64,000 bases of DNA from Elusimicrobiota bacterium (GCA_043826435.1 JBDRQF010000037.1:1-64000), one strand, 5' to 3'; positions 38,521 through 48,892 are shown, counted from the first letter of the stretch. Notes: generated from the sequence alone by a model not told the origin. Made by a program: numbers and translations.

Positions 38521-40125
38521 ATGAATTTTGACGTTTTGATAAAAAACGGGTTATTGATTGACGGAACAGGCAAAAAAGGTTTTTGCGCCTCACTCGCTAT
38601 CGGGGGCGACAGGATAGTTGCCGTTATTCCCGGAAAAATGGTGCGTCCGGCGAAAAGGGCCGGCGGGACGGCGGGGGTATTTGCGGTAGCAGGGGCGCCA
38701 GACATAGCAGGGGCGTCCGGGCTGAAATCCACCCGCACAGTTGATGCGACGGGTAAGATTATATGCCCCGGTTTTATAGATATTCACTCACACGGCGACC
38801 TTGCCGTTTTCAGTAAGGACAACCCGAAAATCCCACAGGGCGTTACGGCCGAGGTTGTCGGTAATTGCGGGCTTTCCGTTTATCCCGTTTCAGGGGCTGC
38901 CCGGTCAGATTGGGCTAACCGCTGGCAGGCAATATGGGGCAGGAAAAATACATGGGGATGGGAAACAGTCGCCGATTATGTGTCTGCCGTGAAACGCAGG
39001 GCATCAGTGGACGTTTATCCTTTAGCCGGTTACGGCAGTTTGCGTTTTTATGTCGCCGGTATGAAACAGGGGCTGGACATTTTTGAGAAGAAACGAATTT
39101 ATAGAGAAACCGAAAGGGCGTTGGACAGCGGCGCTTGCGGGGTTTCAATCGGATTGGCATACCCGCCGTGCCAGTTCGCCGGCAGTGAAGAATTAACGGC
39201 TGTGTGCAGGTTGCTTGTCAAAAAGAGCAAATACTTATCATGCCATATAAGGGACGAGGGCGACACCGTACTTGAATCCATTGAAAAAGTTATGGGTTTT
39301 GTCCGTAAGACGGGCGTGCGTCTTCAGATTTCCCACCTGAAGGCATACGGTTCTCAAAACTGGCATAAGACAGAAAAAATCGTGCGGCTTATTGAATCAG
39401 CAAACATCAGCGGTTATGAAGTGAATTTTGATTTTTACCCATATATTGCTGGCTCTACACTCCTTTTTGCTCTATTTCCCGACTGGGTTCACCAGATGGG
39501 TTGGTCATCGCTGAAAGACCCGGCCATCAGACAAAAAATCAGACAATTCTACCAAAGAGAGAAATTCACCAATTACGGTTCATGCCTGGGATGGGATAAG
39601 GTTGTAGTCGGTGGAGTGAAAAACAAAGAAAATAAAAAATACGCTGGCAGAAGCATTGCAGAACTTTCTCAACAGACAGGTAAGGACTGGATTGATATCG
39701 TCAGCAAGATTATTGTTTCTGAAAAAGGTGAAGTCGGGATGCTTCTTTTTGGTATGAATGAAAAATCCCTCAAAGAGATAATGAGGAGTCCCTACGGGAT
39801 ATTGGGCTCGGATGGTCTATATGGCAGACACCCGCATCCCAGAACATTCGGCGCCTTTGTCAGGTTTCTGAAAAAGTACTGCATTGACGAGGGCGTTTTG
39901 ACGCTGGAAGAGGGTATTCACAGAATGACGGGTATGCCTGCCAGAAAATTAGGTCTCTCCCGCTGCGGGGTTATTAAAGAGGGCTATAAGGCAAACATTG
40001 TGATTTTTTCTCCTGACAGGTTAAGGGAGAGAGCGAGTTATACGAGCCCCGAAGAAACGCCCCGGGGAATTGAGCGGGTATATGTTTCAGGGAAAATGGT
40101 TTATCCCCGGGATTGTACCGGATAG
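38521..40125 (+). CDS. N-acyl-D-amino-acid deacylase (amidohydrolase)
   Basis: PGFIDIHSH.D, QGVT.EV.GNCG, HIRDE, SHLK, GSDG, HPR.FG.F. Confidence 0.9.
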   Translation: MNFDVLIKNGLLIDGTGKKGFCASLAIGGDRIVAVIPGKMVRPAKRAGGTAGVFAVAGAPDIAGASGLKSTRTVDATGKIICPGFIDIHSHGDLAVFSKDNPKIPQGVTAEVVGNCGLSVYPVSGAARSDWANRWQAIWGRKNTWGWETVADYVSAVKRRASVDVYPLAGYGSLRFYVAGMKQGLDIFEKKRIYRETERALDSGACGVSIGLAYPPCQFAGSEELTAVCRLLVKKSKYLSCHIRDEGDTVLESIEKVMGFVRKTGVRLQISHLKAYGSQNWHKTEKIVRLIESANISGYEVNFDFYPYIAGSTLLFALFPDWVHQMGWSSLKDPAIRQKIRQFYQREKFTNYGSCLGWDKVVVGGVKNKENKKYAGRSIAELSQQTGKDWIDIVSKIIVSEKGEVGMLLFGMNEKSLKEIMRSPYGILGSDGLYGRHPHPRTFGAFVRFLKKYCIDEGVLTLEEGIHRMTGMPARKLGLSRCGVIKEGYKANIVIFSPDRLRERASYTSPEETPRGIERVYVSGKMVYPRDCTG

Positions 40126-40212
40126 GACGTGGTTTTTGTATCGAGTGAAGTAGTCGGTTTTATCAAGGCCGGTTTTTAAGTGTTTAGTTCACCCGTTTTT
40201 TCCTAACCCCCC

Positions 40213-40265
40213 TTGACAAAAAATTGGCTTTATGCTATAATACTACCAATATGATGATATTAGTA
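40213..40265 (+). promoter_or_regulatory. Consensus sigma70 promoter with extended -10 and an overlapping palindromic operator
   Basis: TTGACA-17-TATAAT preceded by TG; TACCAATAT-GATG-ATATTAGTA at 40244..40265. Confidence 0.75.
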
Positions 40266-40303
40266 ATATATAAAACATACTGTAACCCGGGTAGGGGCCT
40301 TTA

Positions 40304-40750
40304 ATGAAAATTTCAACCAGAGGACACTACGGGACAAGGGCGATGCTTGAACTCGCCCTGCATTACGGTTCTAAACCGCTTAACTTAACGGACATAGCAA
40401 AGACCCAAGAAATTCCGCGCGGTTACCTTGAACACATCATGGCGTCATTGCTATCCGCAGGGCTGGCAAGGAGCGTCAGGGGGAAGCACGGTGGGTTTAT
40501 GCTGGCGAAACCGCCGGAATCAATAACCGTAAACAAGGTATTACGGGCAACAGAGGGGCCGATCTGGCTGGTCCCCTGCATGGAGAACCCGAAGTTGTGT
40601 AAGCGTTCCCACATATGTGTCCCCCACGAGATATGGAAAAAATTAAAGAAAGCGATGGATAACGCACTGGATTCGGTGACGCTGTCGGATATGGTTAAAA
40701 TGCAGAAGAACAAATTGAAAAAGCCGCATGCTCAGGTTTATTACATTTGA
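40304..40750 (+). CDS. Rrf2-family regulator (IscR/CymR-like, with three Cys)
   Basis: MKISTRG.YG.RAM, YLE.I...L, S.RG..GG..LA; C.....C.....C. Confidence 0.9.
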   Translation: MKISTRGHYGTRAMLELALHYGSKPLNLTDIAKTQEIPRGYLEHIMASLLSAGLARSVRGKHGGFMLAKPPESITVNKVLRATEGPIWLVPCMENPKLCKRSHICVPHEIWKKLKKAMDNALDSVTLSDMVKMQKNKLKKPHAQVYYI

Positions 40751-40770
40751 ACAAGAAAGGAGAAATAGAA

Positions 40771-41466
40771 ATGTCATTCAACATTGAAGGTCTTGAATCA
40801 AAATCACCGCAGGAAGTCATGAAATGGGCGCTGGAAACGTTTAAAGACAGGGTAGCACTGGCTTCAAGTTTTGGCGCGGAGGACGTTGTCCTTATAGATA
40901 TGCTTGTGAAAATTTCTCCTTCTGCCCGGATTTTTACACTGGATACGGGCCGTCTCCCGCAGGAGACCTATGACCTTATGGACAAGATAAGGGAGAAATA
41001 CAAAATCAACATTGAGGCGTATTACCCGGACACGCGGACGGTTGAGGGAGTGGTAAAGGAACACGGTTTTAATCTCTTTTACAAGAGTGTACAATTGAGA
41101 CAACTTTGCTGTAAGGTCAGGAAGATTGACCCGCTTACAAGGGCGATGAAGGATTTAGATGCATGGATTTGCGGGTTGAGACGTCAGCAGGCCGTTACCC
41201 GGACGGAAATTAAAAAGGTTGAGATTGACGCCGCCCACAATTCAATATTGAAAATAAACCCGCTTGCGGACTGGACTGAGACGGACGTGTGGGATTACAT
41301 AAAGAAAAACAAGGTGCCGTTCAACGCCCTGCACGATAAAAATTACCCGAGTATCGGATGCGCCCCCTGCACGAGGGCGGTTAAGCCGGGCGAGGATGTC
41401 AGGGCGGGCAGGTGGTGGTGGGAAACGCCCGAGCAGAAAGAATGCGGGCTTCACAAAGGTGGATAG
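40771..41466 (+). CDS. cysH: APS/PAPS reductase (Fe-S type)
   Basis: LDTGRL, CC..RK..PL, YPSIGC.PCT, R.GRWWWE...KECGLH. Confidence 0.93.
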   Translation: MSFNIEGLESKSPQEVMKWALETFKDRVALASSFGAEDVVLIDMLVKISPSARIFTLDTGRLPQETYDLMDKIREKYKINIEAYYPDTRTVEGVVKEHGFNLFYKSVQLRQLCCKVRKIDPLTRAMKDLDAWICGLRRQQAVTRTEIKKVEIDAAHNSILKINPLADWTETDVWDYIKKNKVPFNALHDKNYPSIGCAPCTRAVKPGEDVRAGRWWWETPEQKECGLHKGG

Positions 41467-41521
41467 GACGATGCCCTTATCAGAAATGAGAATGCGAGTT
41501 TACCGGAGGTAGGGTACACAA

Positions 41522-42724
41522 ATGATTGAACCACATGGCGGAATACTGGTTAACCGCATCATTGAAGGCGAAGAGAAAAAGGTGCTACTCGGCAGGGCGG
41601 AGCGGATGAAAAAGATTCATCTTACTCCGAGGGAGATATCCGACCTTGAGATGATTGCCATCGGAGGGTTCAGTCCCCTTGATGGTTTTATGAAAAAGGA
41701 CGACTATCTTGGAGTACTGGAAAACATGCGTCTGGTTTCAGGTCTGCCGTGGACAATCCCGGTTACGTTGTCGGTAACTGCGGAGGAGGCATCCCGGCTG
41801 AAAGAGGGGGAGGATGTCGCTCTTTGCGAACAGGAAGACGGCCGCCAGGATGGGGCTGCCGGACAAGGGATACTTGCAGTTCTTCATATTGAAGAAAAAT
41901 ATAAATATAACAAAAAGACAGAAGCGGCGTCCGTTTACGGCACCGAAGACGAATCCCACCCGGGTGTGGCGGCCCTTTACGACCAGGGTGAAATTTTACT
42001 CGGCGGCAGGGTTGACTTAGTGAGACGTCCCGGTCATACGAGGTTTGTCAATTACAGGATAGACCCGGCTGTGACAAGGAAGATTTTTCAGGAACGCGGG
42101 TGGAAGAAGGTCGTCGGTTTCCAGACAAGAAACCCGGTCCACCGGGCGCATGAATACATACTGAAATGCGCCCTTGAGGTCGTTGACGGGTTACTGCTTC
42201 ATCCCATCGTCGGGGAGACCAAGAAAGACGACATCCCCGCGGATGTCAGAATGAAGTGCTACAAGGTCCTGCTGGAAAAATACTATCCTGCGGATAAGGT
42301 CTTGCTTGCCGTGAACCCGGCTGCGATGAGATATGCGGGGCCCAGGGAGGCGATCTTCCATGCCATCGTCAGGAAGAATTACGGATGCACACATTTTATC
42401 GTCGGCAGGGACCATGCAGGCGTCGGCAATTATTACGGCCCATTTGACGCCCAGATGATTTTTAACGAATTCAGCAGGGAAGAAATGGGTATAACCCCGC
42501 TGTGTTTCGGTAATGCTTTCTATTGCAGGAAGTGCCAGGGGATGGCGTCCGAAAAGACATGTCCCCATCCAGGCGCCGACCATTTTTCATTGAGTGGGAC
42601 AAAGGTCCGGGAGTTGTTAAAAGCAGGGGAAATCCCGCCTGTTGAGTTCACGCGGCCGGAGATAGCGGACGTGCTGATTGAGTGGTGGAGGGGTGCCACG
42701 GCGGCGGCGCCGCCAAGACGGTGA
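41522..42724 (+). CDS. sat: Sulfate adenylyltransferase
   Basis: [41 protein letters not shown]. Confidence 0.95.
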   Translation: MIEPHGGILVNRIIEGEEKKVLLGRAERMKKIHLTPREISDLEMIAIGGFSPLDGFMKKDDYLGVLENMRLVSGLPWTIPVTLSVTAEEASRLKEGEDVALCEQEDGRQDGAAGQGILAVLHIEEKYKYNKKTEAASVYGTEDESHPGVAALYDQGEILLGGRVDLVRRPGHTRFVNYRIDPAVTRKIFQERGWKKVVGFQTRNPVHRAHEYILKCALEVVDGLLLHPIVGETKKDDIPADVRMKCYKVLLEKYYPADKVLLAVNPAAMRYAGPREAIFHAIVRKNYGCTHFIVGRDHAGVGNYYGPFDAQMIFNEFSREEMGITPLCFGNAFYCRKCQGMASEKTCPHPGADHFSLSGTKVRELLKAGEIPPVEFTRPEIADVLIEWWRGATAAAPPRR

Positions 42725-42742
42725 GGAGGCAGGACTGCTGAT

Positions 42743-43729
42743 ATGCCGGAAATAATTTTGTTGACGGGCGTTGCGGTGTTTTTGGCTTTCAATATGGGAG
42801 CAAGCGGTATTGCACCGTCCTTCTGTTCAATTTACGGGGCGAAGTTCATAACCCGGGGGAGAATGTTCTTGTTGTTCGGTCTATTCGTTATACTGGGCGC
42901 GGCCGTCGGCGGGCACAAGGTTGTTAAGACGATAAGCGGTGGGATAATCCCGGCAAGACACGTTACAATGCGGGTAGCCATTGTAATACTGACTTCTGCG
43001 ACCGTTTCACTCTTTATGGCGAACGTATTAAAGGTTCCGCAGTCAACAAGCCAGGTGACCGTGTTTTCACTGGTGGCAGCGGGGATGTATTTCGGCGGTT
43101 TGAATCTTAAAAAATTTTATGTCCTGATACCGGCGTGGATTATTTTACCCGCGCTGTCTTATTTTTTGTCTTTGTACCTGCACAAATTCATTTATCCGCC
43201 GAGGAAAGAAAATTTCAGGTTGTACGAAAGGATTTTTATGCAGGAGAATAACCTGAAACGCATTACCGTCCTGATGAGTTGTTACGTGGCGTTTGCAATC
43301 GGCACCAACAATGTGGCGAACGTAGTGGGGCCTTTGACTGCCGCAAACGTGTTCAGCAGCCGGATGGTTGGGATGATGGCCATTGCCCCTCTTTTCGGCA
43401 TAGGGGCTTTGTTGTTCGGCAGGGGGAACCTGTCTGCATTCGGCTGCGATATAATCCCGCTGGGCATAGCCACCTCAACGATTGCGGGTTTTGTCACGGC
43501 GACACTGTTGATAGGAGCGTCACTGGCGGGCATACCGCAGTCGCTCGTTCAGTTAAACGCTGCATCCATTTTTGCCGTCTCACACGTTAAGGACGGTTTC
43601 GGCGCCACTGCATCAAATAGCACTACCAGGAGGGCGTTTTTTATATGGCTTATTACTCCCGTCCTGTCGTTTGTCATAACGTTTGTCCTTTTACACACTT
43701 GCGGCGTAGTGGGGATAAACTTCAAGTGA
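42743..43729 (+). CDS. PiT-family anion permease (CysP-like sulfate permease)
   Basis: AFNMGA, PQSTSQ, G.NNVAN; located in the sulfate operon. Confidence 0.8.
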   Translation: MPEIILLTGVAVFLAFNMGASGIAPSFCSIYGAKFITRGRMFLLFGLFVILGAAVGGHKVVKTISGGIIPARHVTMRVAIVILTSATVSLFMANVLKVPQSTSQVTVFSLVAAGMYFGGLNLKKFYVLIPAWIILPALSYFLSLYLHKFIYPPRKENFRLYERIFMQENNLKRITVLMSCYVAFAIGTNNVANVVGPLTAANVFSSRMVGMMAIAPLFGIGALLFGRGNLSAFGCDIIPLGIATSTIAGFVTATLLIGASLAGIPQSLVQLNAASIFAVSHVKDGFGATASNSTTRRAFFIWLITPVLSFVITFVLLHTCGVVGINFK

Positions 43730-43804
43730 GACGTAAATACCCCGACCCACGCAGTGTGCGGGTGCCACGATATTTAGCACGCGGAGGCAGGGACGTATGA
43801 ATAT

Positions 43805-44224
43805 ATGAATAACGTTGCACTTAGAATAGGCGGGAAAATTTATCAGGATATAGTCGGGCAATGCAGGGAACAATACCCAGGTGAGGCATGCGGGATACTT
43901 GCGGGTAAGAATGGACTGGCGCAGAAGTTATTCAGAATGGACAATGTTTCGGAGAATCCCCGGATATGTTATTTTATGGAACCGAAGCAGCAACTTGAAG
44001 TTTTCAAGGAAATCAGGCAATTGAATCTGGATATGATCGCGATATATCATTCGCACATAGGCGCCCCCGCTTACCCCTCAAAAAGGGACGTTGATATGGC
44101 TTTTTATCCCGAGACACTTTATCTGATAATCTCGCTTGACGACAAAAGGGTTACGGAAAGCAGGGTATTCTCAATAAGAGACGGCAGTATTAAAGAAGAG
44201 GAGATGGTTGTGGAAGGGAACTGA
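43805..44224 (+). CDS. JAMM/Mov34 (M67) metalloprotease
   Basis: P.EACG.L.G and YHSH.....YPS..D. Confidence 0.9.
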   Translation: MNNVALRIGGKIYQDIVGQCREQYPGEACGILAGKNGLAQKLFRMDNVSENPRICYFMEPKQQLEVFKEIRQLNLDMIAIYHSHIGAPAYPSKRDVDMAFYPETLYLIISLDDKRVTESRVFSIRDGSIKEEEMVVEGN

Positions 44225-44242
44225 TAGCAGGGTAAAATACAG

Positions 44243-44929
44243 ATGATAAGAATAGGGGCAAGGCCGAGCCCTCTTGCAGCCAGGCAGGTACGGGAGGTTA
44301 TGAAATTGTTGACTGAAAAACGTCCGGATTTGATTGACAAATTTGAGATAAAAACATATAATACTATGGGTGATAGAGACAAAACCACACCGGTGTCCTC
44401 GGTTGAAGGAACCGACTTTTTTACCGACACCATTGAAACGGCGCTCTCGGGCGGGGAAATAGACGTAGCAGTCCACAGCGCGAAAGACCTGCCCGACGTT
44501 ATACCCGGAGGGTTGCAGGTTATTGCCGTGACCGAATCAATAGACAGGCATGATGCCCTTGTGTCAAAACGCGGGTGGACGCTTGATACTCTTCCGGAGA
44601 GGGCGAGAATAGGAACCAGCAGTAACAGGCGCAGGGAACAACTGAAAAAATTCAGGGATGATTTTGAGATTGTAGGTATCCGCGGAAACATAGGGGAGCG
44701 TCTTATGTTGCTGGAAGAAGGTTCGCAAAATCTGGATGCCGTGGTGGTTGCTTTTGCGGCGATGCTCCGTCTCGGGCTTGAGAATAAAATATCACAGATA
44801 ATACCTTTTGAAATTATAACCCCGCATCCTTTGCAGGGGTCGCTTGCAGTAGAATCACGCAGTGATAATAAAGAAATGATTGCTCTTTTTTCTAAATTAG
44901 ACACAAGAAAAGGGATTTTGCGTATGTGA
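44243..44929 (+). CDS. hemC: Hydroxymethylbilane synthase lacking the C-terminal domain
   Basis: [31 protein letters not shown]; only 228 aa. Confidence 0.85.
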   Translation: MIRIGARPSPLAARQVREVMKLLTEKRPDLIDKFEIKTYNTMGDRDKTTPVSSVEGTDFFTDTIETALSGGEIDVAVHSAKDLPDVIPGGLQVIAVTESIDRHDALVSKRGWTLDTLPERARIGTSSNRRREQLKKFRDDFEIVGIRGNIGERLMLLEEGSQNLDAVVVAFAAMLRLGLENKISQIIPFEIITPHPLQGSLAVESRSDNKEMIALFSKLDTRKGILRM

Positions 44930-45002
44930 AGAAGGGCGTCCTTGCTTCGCTCGTCCGCCCGTTCGTAGGTTGCGTGGTAATTTACCATGTTCTGAGGTGT
45001 AT

Positions 45003-45749
45003 ATGAATCCTGAAGCGTTTACGAAGATTAATTACGGGATGTATGTTGTGAGTTCAAAAAAGGAAGAACCCGGGCAGCCGGCCAGATTCAACGGGCAGGT
45101 TGCAAATACCGTTTTTCAGGTGACGGCGGAACCGCCTGCCATGGCGGTTTGCATCAACAAGAAAAATCTGACACACGAGTATATCAGGAGCAGCAGGGTT
45201 TTTTCCGTCTCCATACTTGACAAGGAAACGCCGTTAAAATTTATCGGACAGTTCGGGTTCAAGTCGGGACGCGAGATTGATAAATTCAGGGACATAAATT
45301 TTAAGACAGGTATAACGGGGGCGCCGGTGGTGCTGGAAAATTCAATCGGGTATCTGGAACTGGAACTGATAGACAGCATAGATGTGGGCACCCATACTAT
45401 ATTCTTCGGCAAAACGGTTGCAGCGGAAATTATCAAAGAAGGGGAGCCGATGACCTATACCTGCTATCACGATATTAAAAATGGCAAAACCCCACAGACG
45501 GCGCCGACATACATTCGCAGGGGGTCCGAAGCGCAGGTATCAAAGTCGCAGGTGTCCAAAAAAACAACAGACAAGGAGGAGAGAATGGACAAGTACAAAT
45601 GCAAGGTTTGCGGGTACATCTATGAGCCGGAAAAAGGCGACCCTGAGGCGGGCATAAAATCTGGCACGTCGTTTGACGATTTGCCTGACGATTGGGTGTG
45701 TCCTGTTTGCGGGGTCGGTAAAGACGAGTTTGAAAAGGCTTCTGAATGA
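45003..45749 (+). CDS. Flavin reductase-rubredoxin fusion (high-molecular-weight rubredoxin, Hrb-like)
   Basis: Flavin-reductase domain with GTHT.F; C-terminal C..CGY.Y...F.DLPDDW.CPVCG. Confidence 0.9.
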   Translation: MNPEAFTKINYGMYVVSSKKEEPGQPARFNGQVANTVFQVTAEPPAMAVCINKKNLTHEYIRSSRVFSVSILDKETPLKFIGQFGFKSGREIDKFRDINFKTGITGAPVVLENSIGYLELELIDSIDVGTHTIFFGKTVAAEIIKEGEPMTYTCYHDIKNGKTPQTAPTYIRRGSEAQVSKSQVSKKTTDKEERMDKYKCKVCGYIYEPEKGDPEAGIKSGTSFDDLPDDWVCPVCGVGKDEFEKASE

Positions 45750-45774
45750 AAGGCGTGACAGTTAGGAGGTAAAA

Positions 45775-45996
45775 ATGAAAGAGAAAATAGAAGCAGCTCT
45801 CGCAAAGATAAGGCCGTCACTGAAAGCGGACGGCGGAGACGTTGAGCTTGTTGAAGTAACTTCTGACGGTATCGTAAAGGTTAAACTCACCGGCGCTTGC
45901 GGGTGCTGCCCTATGAGCCAGATGACCCTCAAGATGGGTATAGAGCGGCTTATAAAACAGGAAGTGCCCGAAGTAAAAGAGGTTGTAGCGGTTTAG
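45775..45996 (+). CDS. NifU C-terminal (NfuA-like) protein
   Basis: IRPSL.ADGGDVELV, GACG.CPMS..TLK.GIE. Confidence 0.9.
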   Translation: MKEKIEAALAKIRPSLKADGGDVELVEVTSDGIVKVKLTGACGCCPMSQMTLKMGIERLIKQEVPEVKEVVAV

Positions 45997-46015
45997 TGAG
46001 GTGCGGGGAGGTGTT

Positions 46016-47230
46016 ATGTCCAAAAAAGAGATATTGCCCGGTATTTACTGGGTTGGAGCGATTGACTGGAACGTGCGGAATTTCCATGGCCACACCTACA
46101 CGACTAAACGAGGCACGACGTACAACGCCTATTTAATCGTGGACGAAAAGGTTGCCCTGGTTGACACCGTCCTTCATTCCTTTTCGGATGAAATGATTGA
46201 CAGGATAAAACAGGTTATTCCGCCGGAAAAGATTGACTACATCATTGCAAACCATGTTGAGAAAGACCACTCCGGCGCCCTGCCTGAAATAATCAAGTAC
46301 TGCCCTAAGGCAAAGGTTGTGGGCACTGCAAAGTGCAAAGACGGCTTGTACAAAAATTATTGCGGTGGGGCACCCGTCAGGTGGACGGGTCAGGATTTCC
46401 GGACGGTTAAGACGGGGGATAAAATTTCGTTAGGTAAGAGGACTCTTTCCTTCATTGAGGCGCCGATGCTACACTGGCCTGACAGCATGTTTACCTATAT
46501 CCCCGAAGACGCGCTGCTGATACCGAACGATGCATTCGGCCAGCACTATGCGTCAGGCGAGAGGTTTGACGACGAGGTGGACGAGTGCGGCCTTATGGAT
46601 GAGGCGGCAAAGTATTATGCGAACATCCTCTGGCCGCTGAGTTCAATAGTGCTGAAAAAGATTGAGGACGTCCAGAAGATAAATCTTCCGATAAAGATAA
46701 TAGCCCCGAGCCACGGCATTATATGGCGGCGGGACCCGATGAAGATTGTAAACGCATACGCCGGGTGGGCTAAGAATGAAACAAAACCGAAAGCCGTTAT
46801 CGTATATGAGACGATGTGGGGCGCCACGGAGAAGATGGCGCGGAAGATATCTGAGGGTATGACGGATGCCGGCGTTTCGGTTAAACTGTATGATGTGTCC
46901 CAGTCCGATAGGACGGAAATAATCGGCGAGATGCTGGACAGCAGGGGTTTTGTCCTCGGTTCGTCAACCCATGGTAACGGTATGTTGCCGTCAATCTATG
47001 GTTTTCTGGAATTCCTGAAAGGACTCAAACCGAAAAACAGGACTGGCTTTGCGTTCGGTTCTTACGGTTGGGCGGGCGGGGCGGTACGGAATATTGAAAA
47101 CATCCTGAGGGAAGCGGGTGTTGAAATCGACGGTACCGGGTTGTCAGTCAGGTATGCCCCGGACGAAAATGAAATTAAAGGTTGTTACGAGGCGGGGAGG
47201 ACTTTTGCAGAAAAATGCAAGCATATTTAG
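46016..47230 (+). CDS. fprA: Flavodiiron protein (O2/NO reductase)
   Basis: GTTYNAY, H.E.DHSG, HWPDSM, DAFGQH, PSHG, flavodoxin domain. Confidence 0.93.
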   Translation: MSKKEILPGIYWVGAIDWNVRNFHGHTYTTKRGTTYNAYLIVDEKVALVDTVLHSFSDEMIDRIKQVIPPEKIDYIIANHVEKDHSGALPEIIKYCPKAKVVGTAKCKDGLYKNYCGGAPVRWTGQDFRTVKTGDKISLGKRTLSFIEAPMLHWPDSMFTYIPEDALLIPNDAFGQHYASGERFDDEVDECGLMDEAAKYYANILWPLSSIVLKKIEDVQKINLPIKIIAPSHGIIWRRDPMKIVNAYAGWAKNETKPKAVIVYETMWGATEKMARKISEGMTDAGVSVKLYDVSQSDRTEIIGEMLDSRGFVLGSSTHGNGMLPSIYGFLEFLKGLKPKNRTGFAFGSYGWAGGAVRNIENILREAGVEIDGTGLSVRYAPDENEIKGCYEAGRTFAEKCKHI

Positions 47231-48453
47231 ATAACCATTCCTGCACGAAGACCGACGAGCGCGTTTTTAAAGAAATGATGCCGTTTCTTACGGATAACTA
47301 CGGCAATGCCCAGAGCATGCATTCCCTGGGGGCGGCTTCAAAGGATGCGATAGAGCGGGCGCGCGGCCAGGTAGCTGGTTTGATAGGCGCTGGGGAGAAG
47401 GAGATATGCTTCACCGCGAGCGGTTCTGAATCAAACAACCTTGCAATCAAAGGCGTTGCAGAGGGATGCAAAGCCAAAGGCAGGCACATTGTTATATCGC
47501 CGGTTGAGCATTTTTCGGTGATGTATTCCGCAAAGCGCCTGTCGCAGGCGGGTTTTGAAGTAACATATGTCCCTGTTGATAAATACGGTATGGTTTCGCC
47601 CGACGATATCAAATCGGCAATAAGGCAGGATACCGTCCTTGTTTCAATTCAGCATGCAAACCCCGAAATAGGGACTGTCCAGCCCATTGAAGAGATTTCA
47701 AAAGTTCTGCGCGAAAGGAACATCCCGTTTCACACTGACGCGGTTGCAACAGCAGGGGTCCTGCCCGTTGATGTGGCTGTATTGGGGGTTGACCTGCTTA
47801 CCTTTTCCGCCTCTATGATTTACGGGCCGAAAGGCGTTGCCGCACTATACATCAGGAAAGGCGTTCGCATTGTCCCGCAGATTGACGGTGGCATTCAGGA
47901 AAACGGCAGGAGAGCCGGCACGGAAAACGTCCCCGCGATAGTGGGTTTTGGCGCTGCATGTGAAATTGCAAAACAGGAGATGGAAAAAAACAGGGACGCA
48001 ATGCTCGGGTTAAGAAACCGCACTATTGACGAACTCCCGAAAAGGATTGACCACATATATCTAAACGGACACCCTGAGAGGCGCCTGCCGGGCAACGTGA
48101 ACTTTTCGGTTGAATTTATAGAGGGGGAGGGGATGTTGCTTTACCTTGACCGGAAAGGGATTTATATAACAAGCGGTTCGGCATGCACGTCAAAGGCGCT
48201 TAAAATGTCACATGTCCTGTCAGCTATAAAACTTGACCCGGCGGTTGCGCAGGGCTCACTGCTTATGACACTGTCAAAATACAATACAGCGGAAGAGGTT
48301 GAATATCTTCTGGCTGAACTGCCGCCAATAGTCCGGAAACTGCGCGGGATTTCACCCCTGTATAATTATTTTCTGAAGTCAGGCAAAAGACATGTTGCAG
48401 GTCCTGGCACTGACTATGAACACCAGCATGAAGATGAGGTAACATCTGAATAA
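47215..48453 (+). CDS. iscS: Cysteine desulfurase (NifS/IscS class)
   Basis: YLDN, EH.SV, N.EIGT.QP, HTDAV, GPKG, RAGTENV, SGSACTS. Confidence 0.9.
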   Translation: MQAYLDNHSCTKTDERVFKEMMPFLTDNYGNAQSMHSLGAASKDAIERARGQVAGLIGAGEKEICFTASGSESNNLAIKGVAEGCKAKGRHIVISPVEHFSVMYSAKRLSQAGFEVTYVPVDKYGMVSPDDIKSAIRQDTVLVSIQHANPEIGTVQPIEEISKVLRERNIPFHTDAVATAGVLPVDVAVLGVDLLTFSASMIYGPKGVAALYIRKGVRIVPQIDGGIQENGRRAGTENVPAIVGFGAACEIAKQEMEKNRDAMLGLRNRTIDELPKRIDHIYLNGHPERRLPGNVNFSVEFIEGEGMLLYLDRKGIYITSGSACTSKALKMSHVLSAIKLDPAVAQGSLLMTLSKYNTAEEVEYLLAELPPIVRKLRGISPLYNYFLKSGKRHVAGPGTDYEHQHEDEVTSE

Positions 48454-48492
48454 AAAATAAAAACAGGGCCACATCGCCCAGGAGAAAATAAT

Positions 48493-48876
48493 ATGCCTTT
48501 CTATTCTGAAAAAGTAATGGACCACTTCCAGAACCCGAGGAACGTAGGTGAGATAAATAACCCGGACGGCACAGGTGAAGTCGGCAACCCCGTCTGCGGC
48601 GACTTGATGATTTTTTACATAAAGGTCCGCGACGGGCGGCTTGAAGACGTAAAATTCAAAACATTCGGTTGCGGCGCCGCGATAGCAGTTTCGTCAATGG
48701 TGTCCGAGATGGCGAAAGGCAGGACGCTGGACGAGGCGATGAAAATCACAAACGAACTTGTTGCAGTGGAATTGGGCGGGCTGCCGCCGAACAAGATGCA
48801 CTGCTCAAACCTCGGCGCCGATGCTCTTCATAAGGCGATTGAGGACTATAAAAAGAAAAGCGGGAGCGGGGCGTGA
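48493..48876 (+). CDS. iscU: Fe-S cluster scaffold
   Basis: YS.KV.DHF.NPRN.G, GNPVCGD, FGCGAAIA, K.HCS. Confidence 0.93.
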   Translation: MPFYSEKVMDHFQNPRNVGEINNPDGTGEVGNPVCGDLMIFYIKVRDGRLEDVKFKTFGCGAAIAVSSMVSEMAKGRTLDEAMKITNELVAVELGGLPPNKMHCSNLGADALHKAIEDYKKKSGSGA

Positions 48877-48892
48877 GCGACAAGGAGACGAA

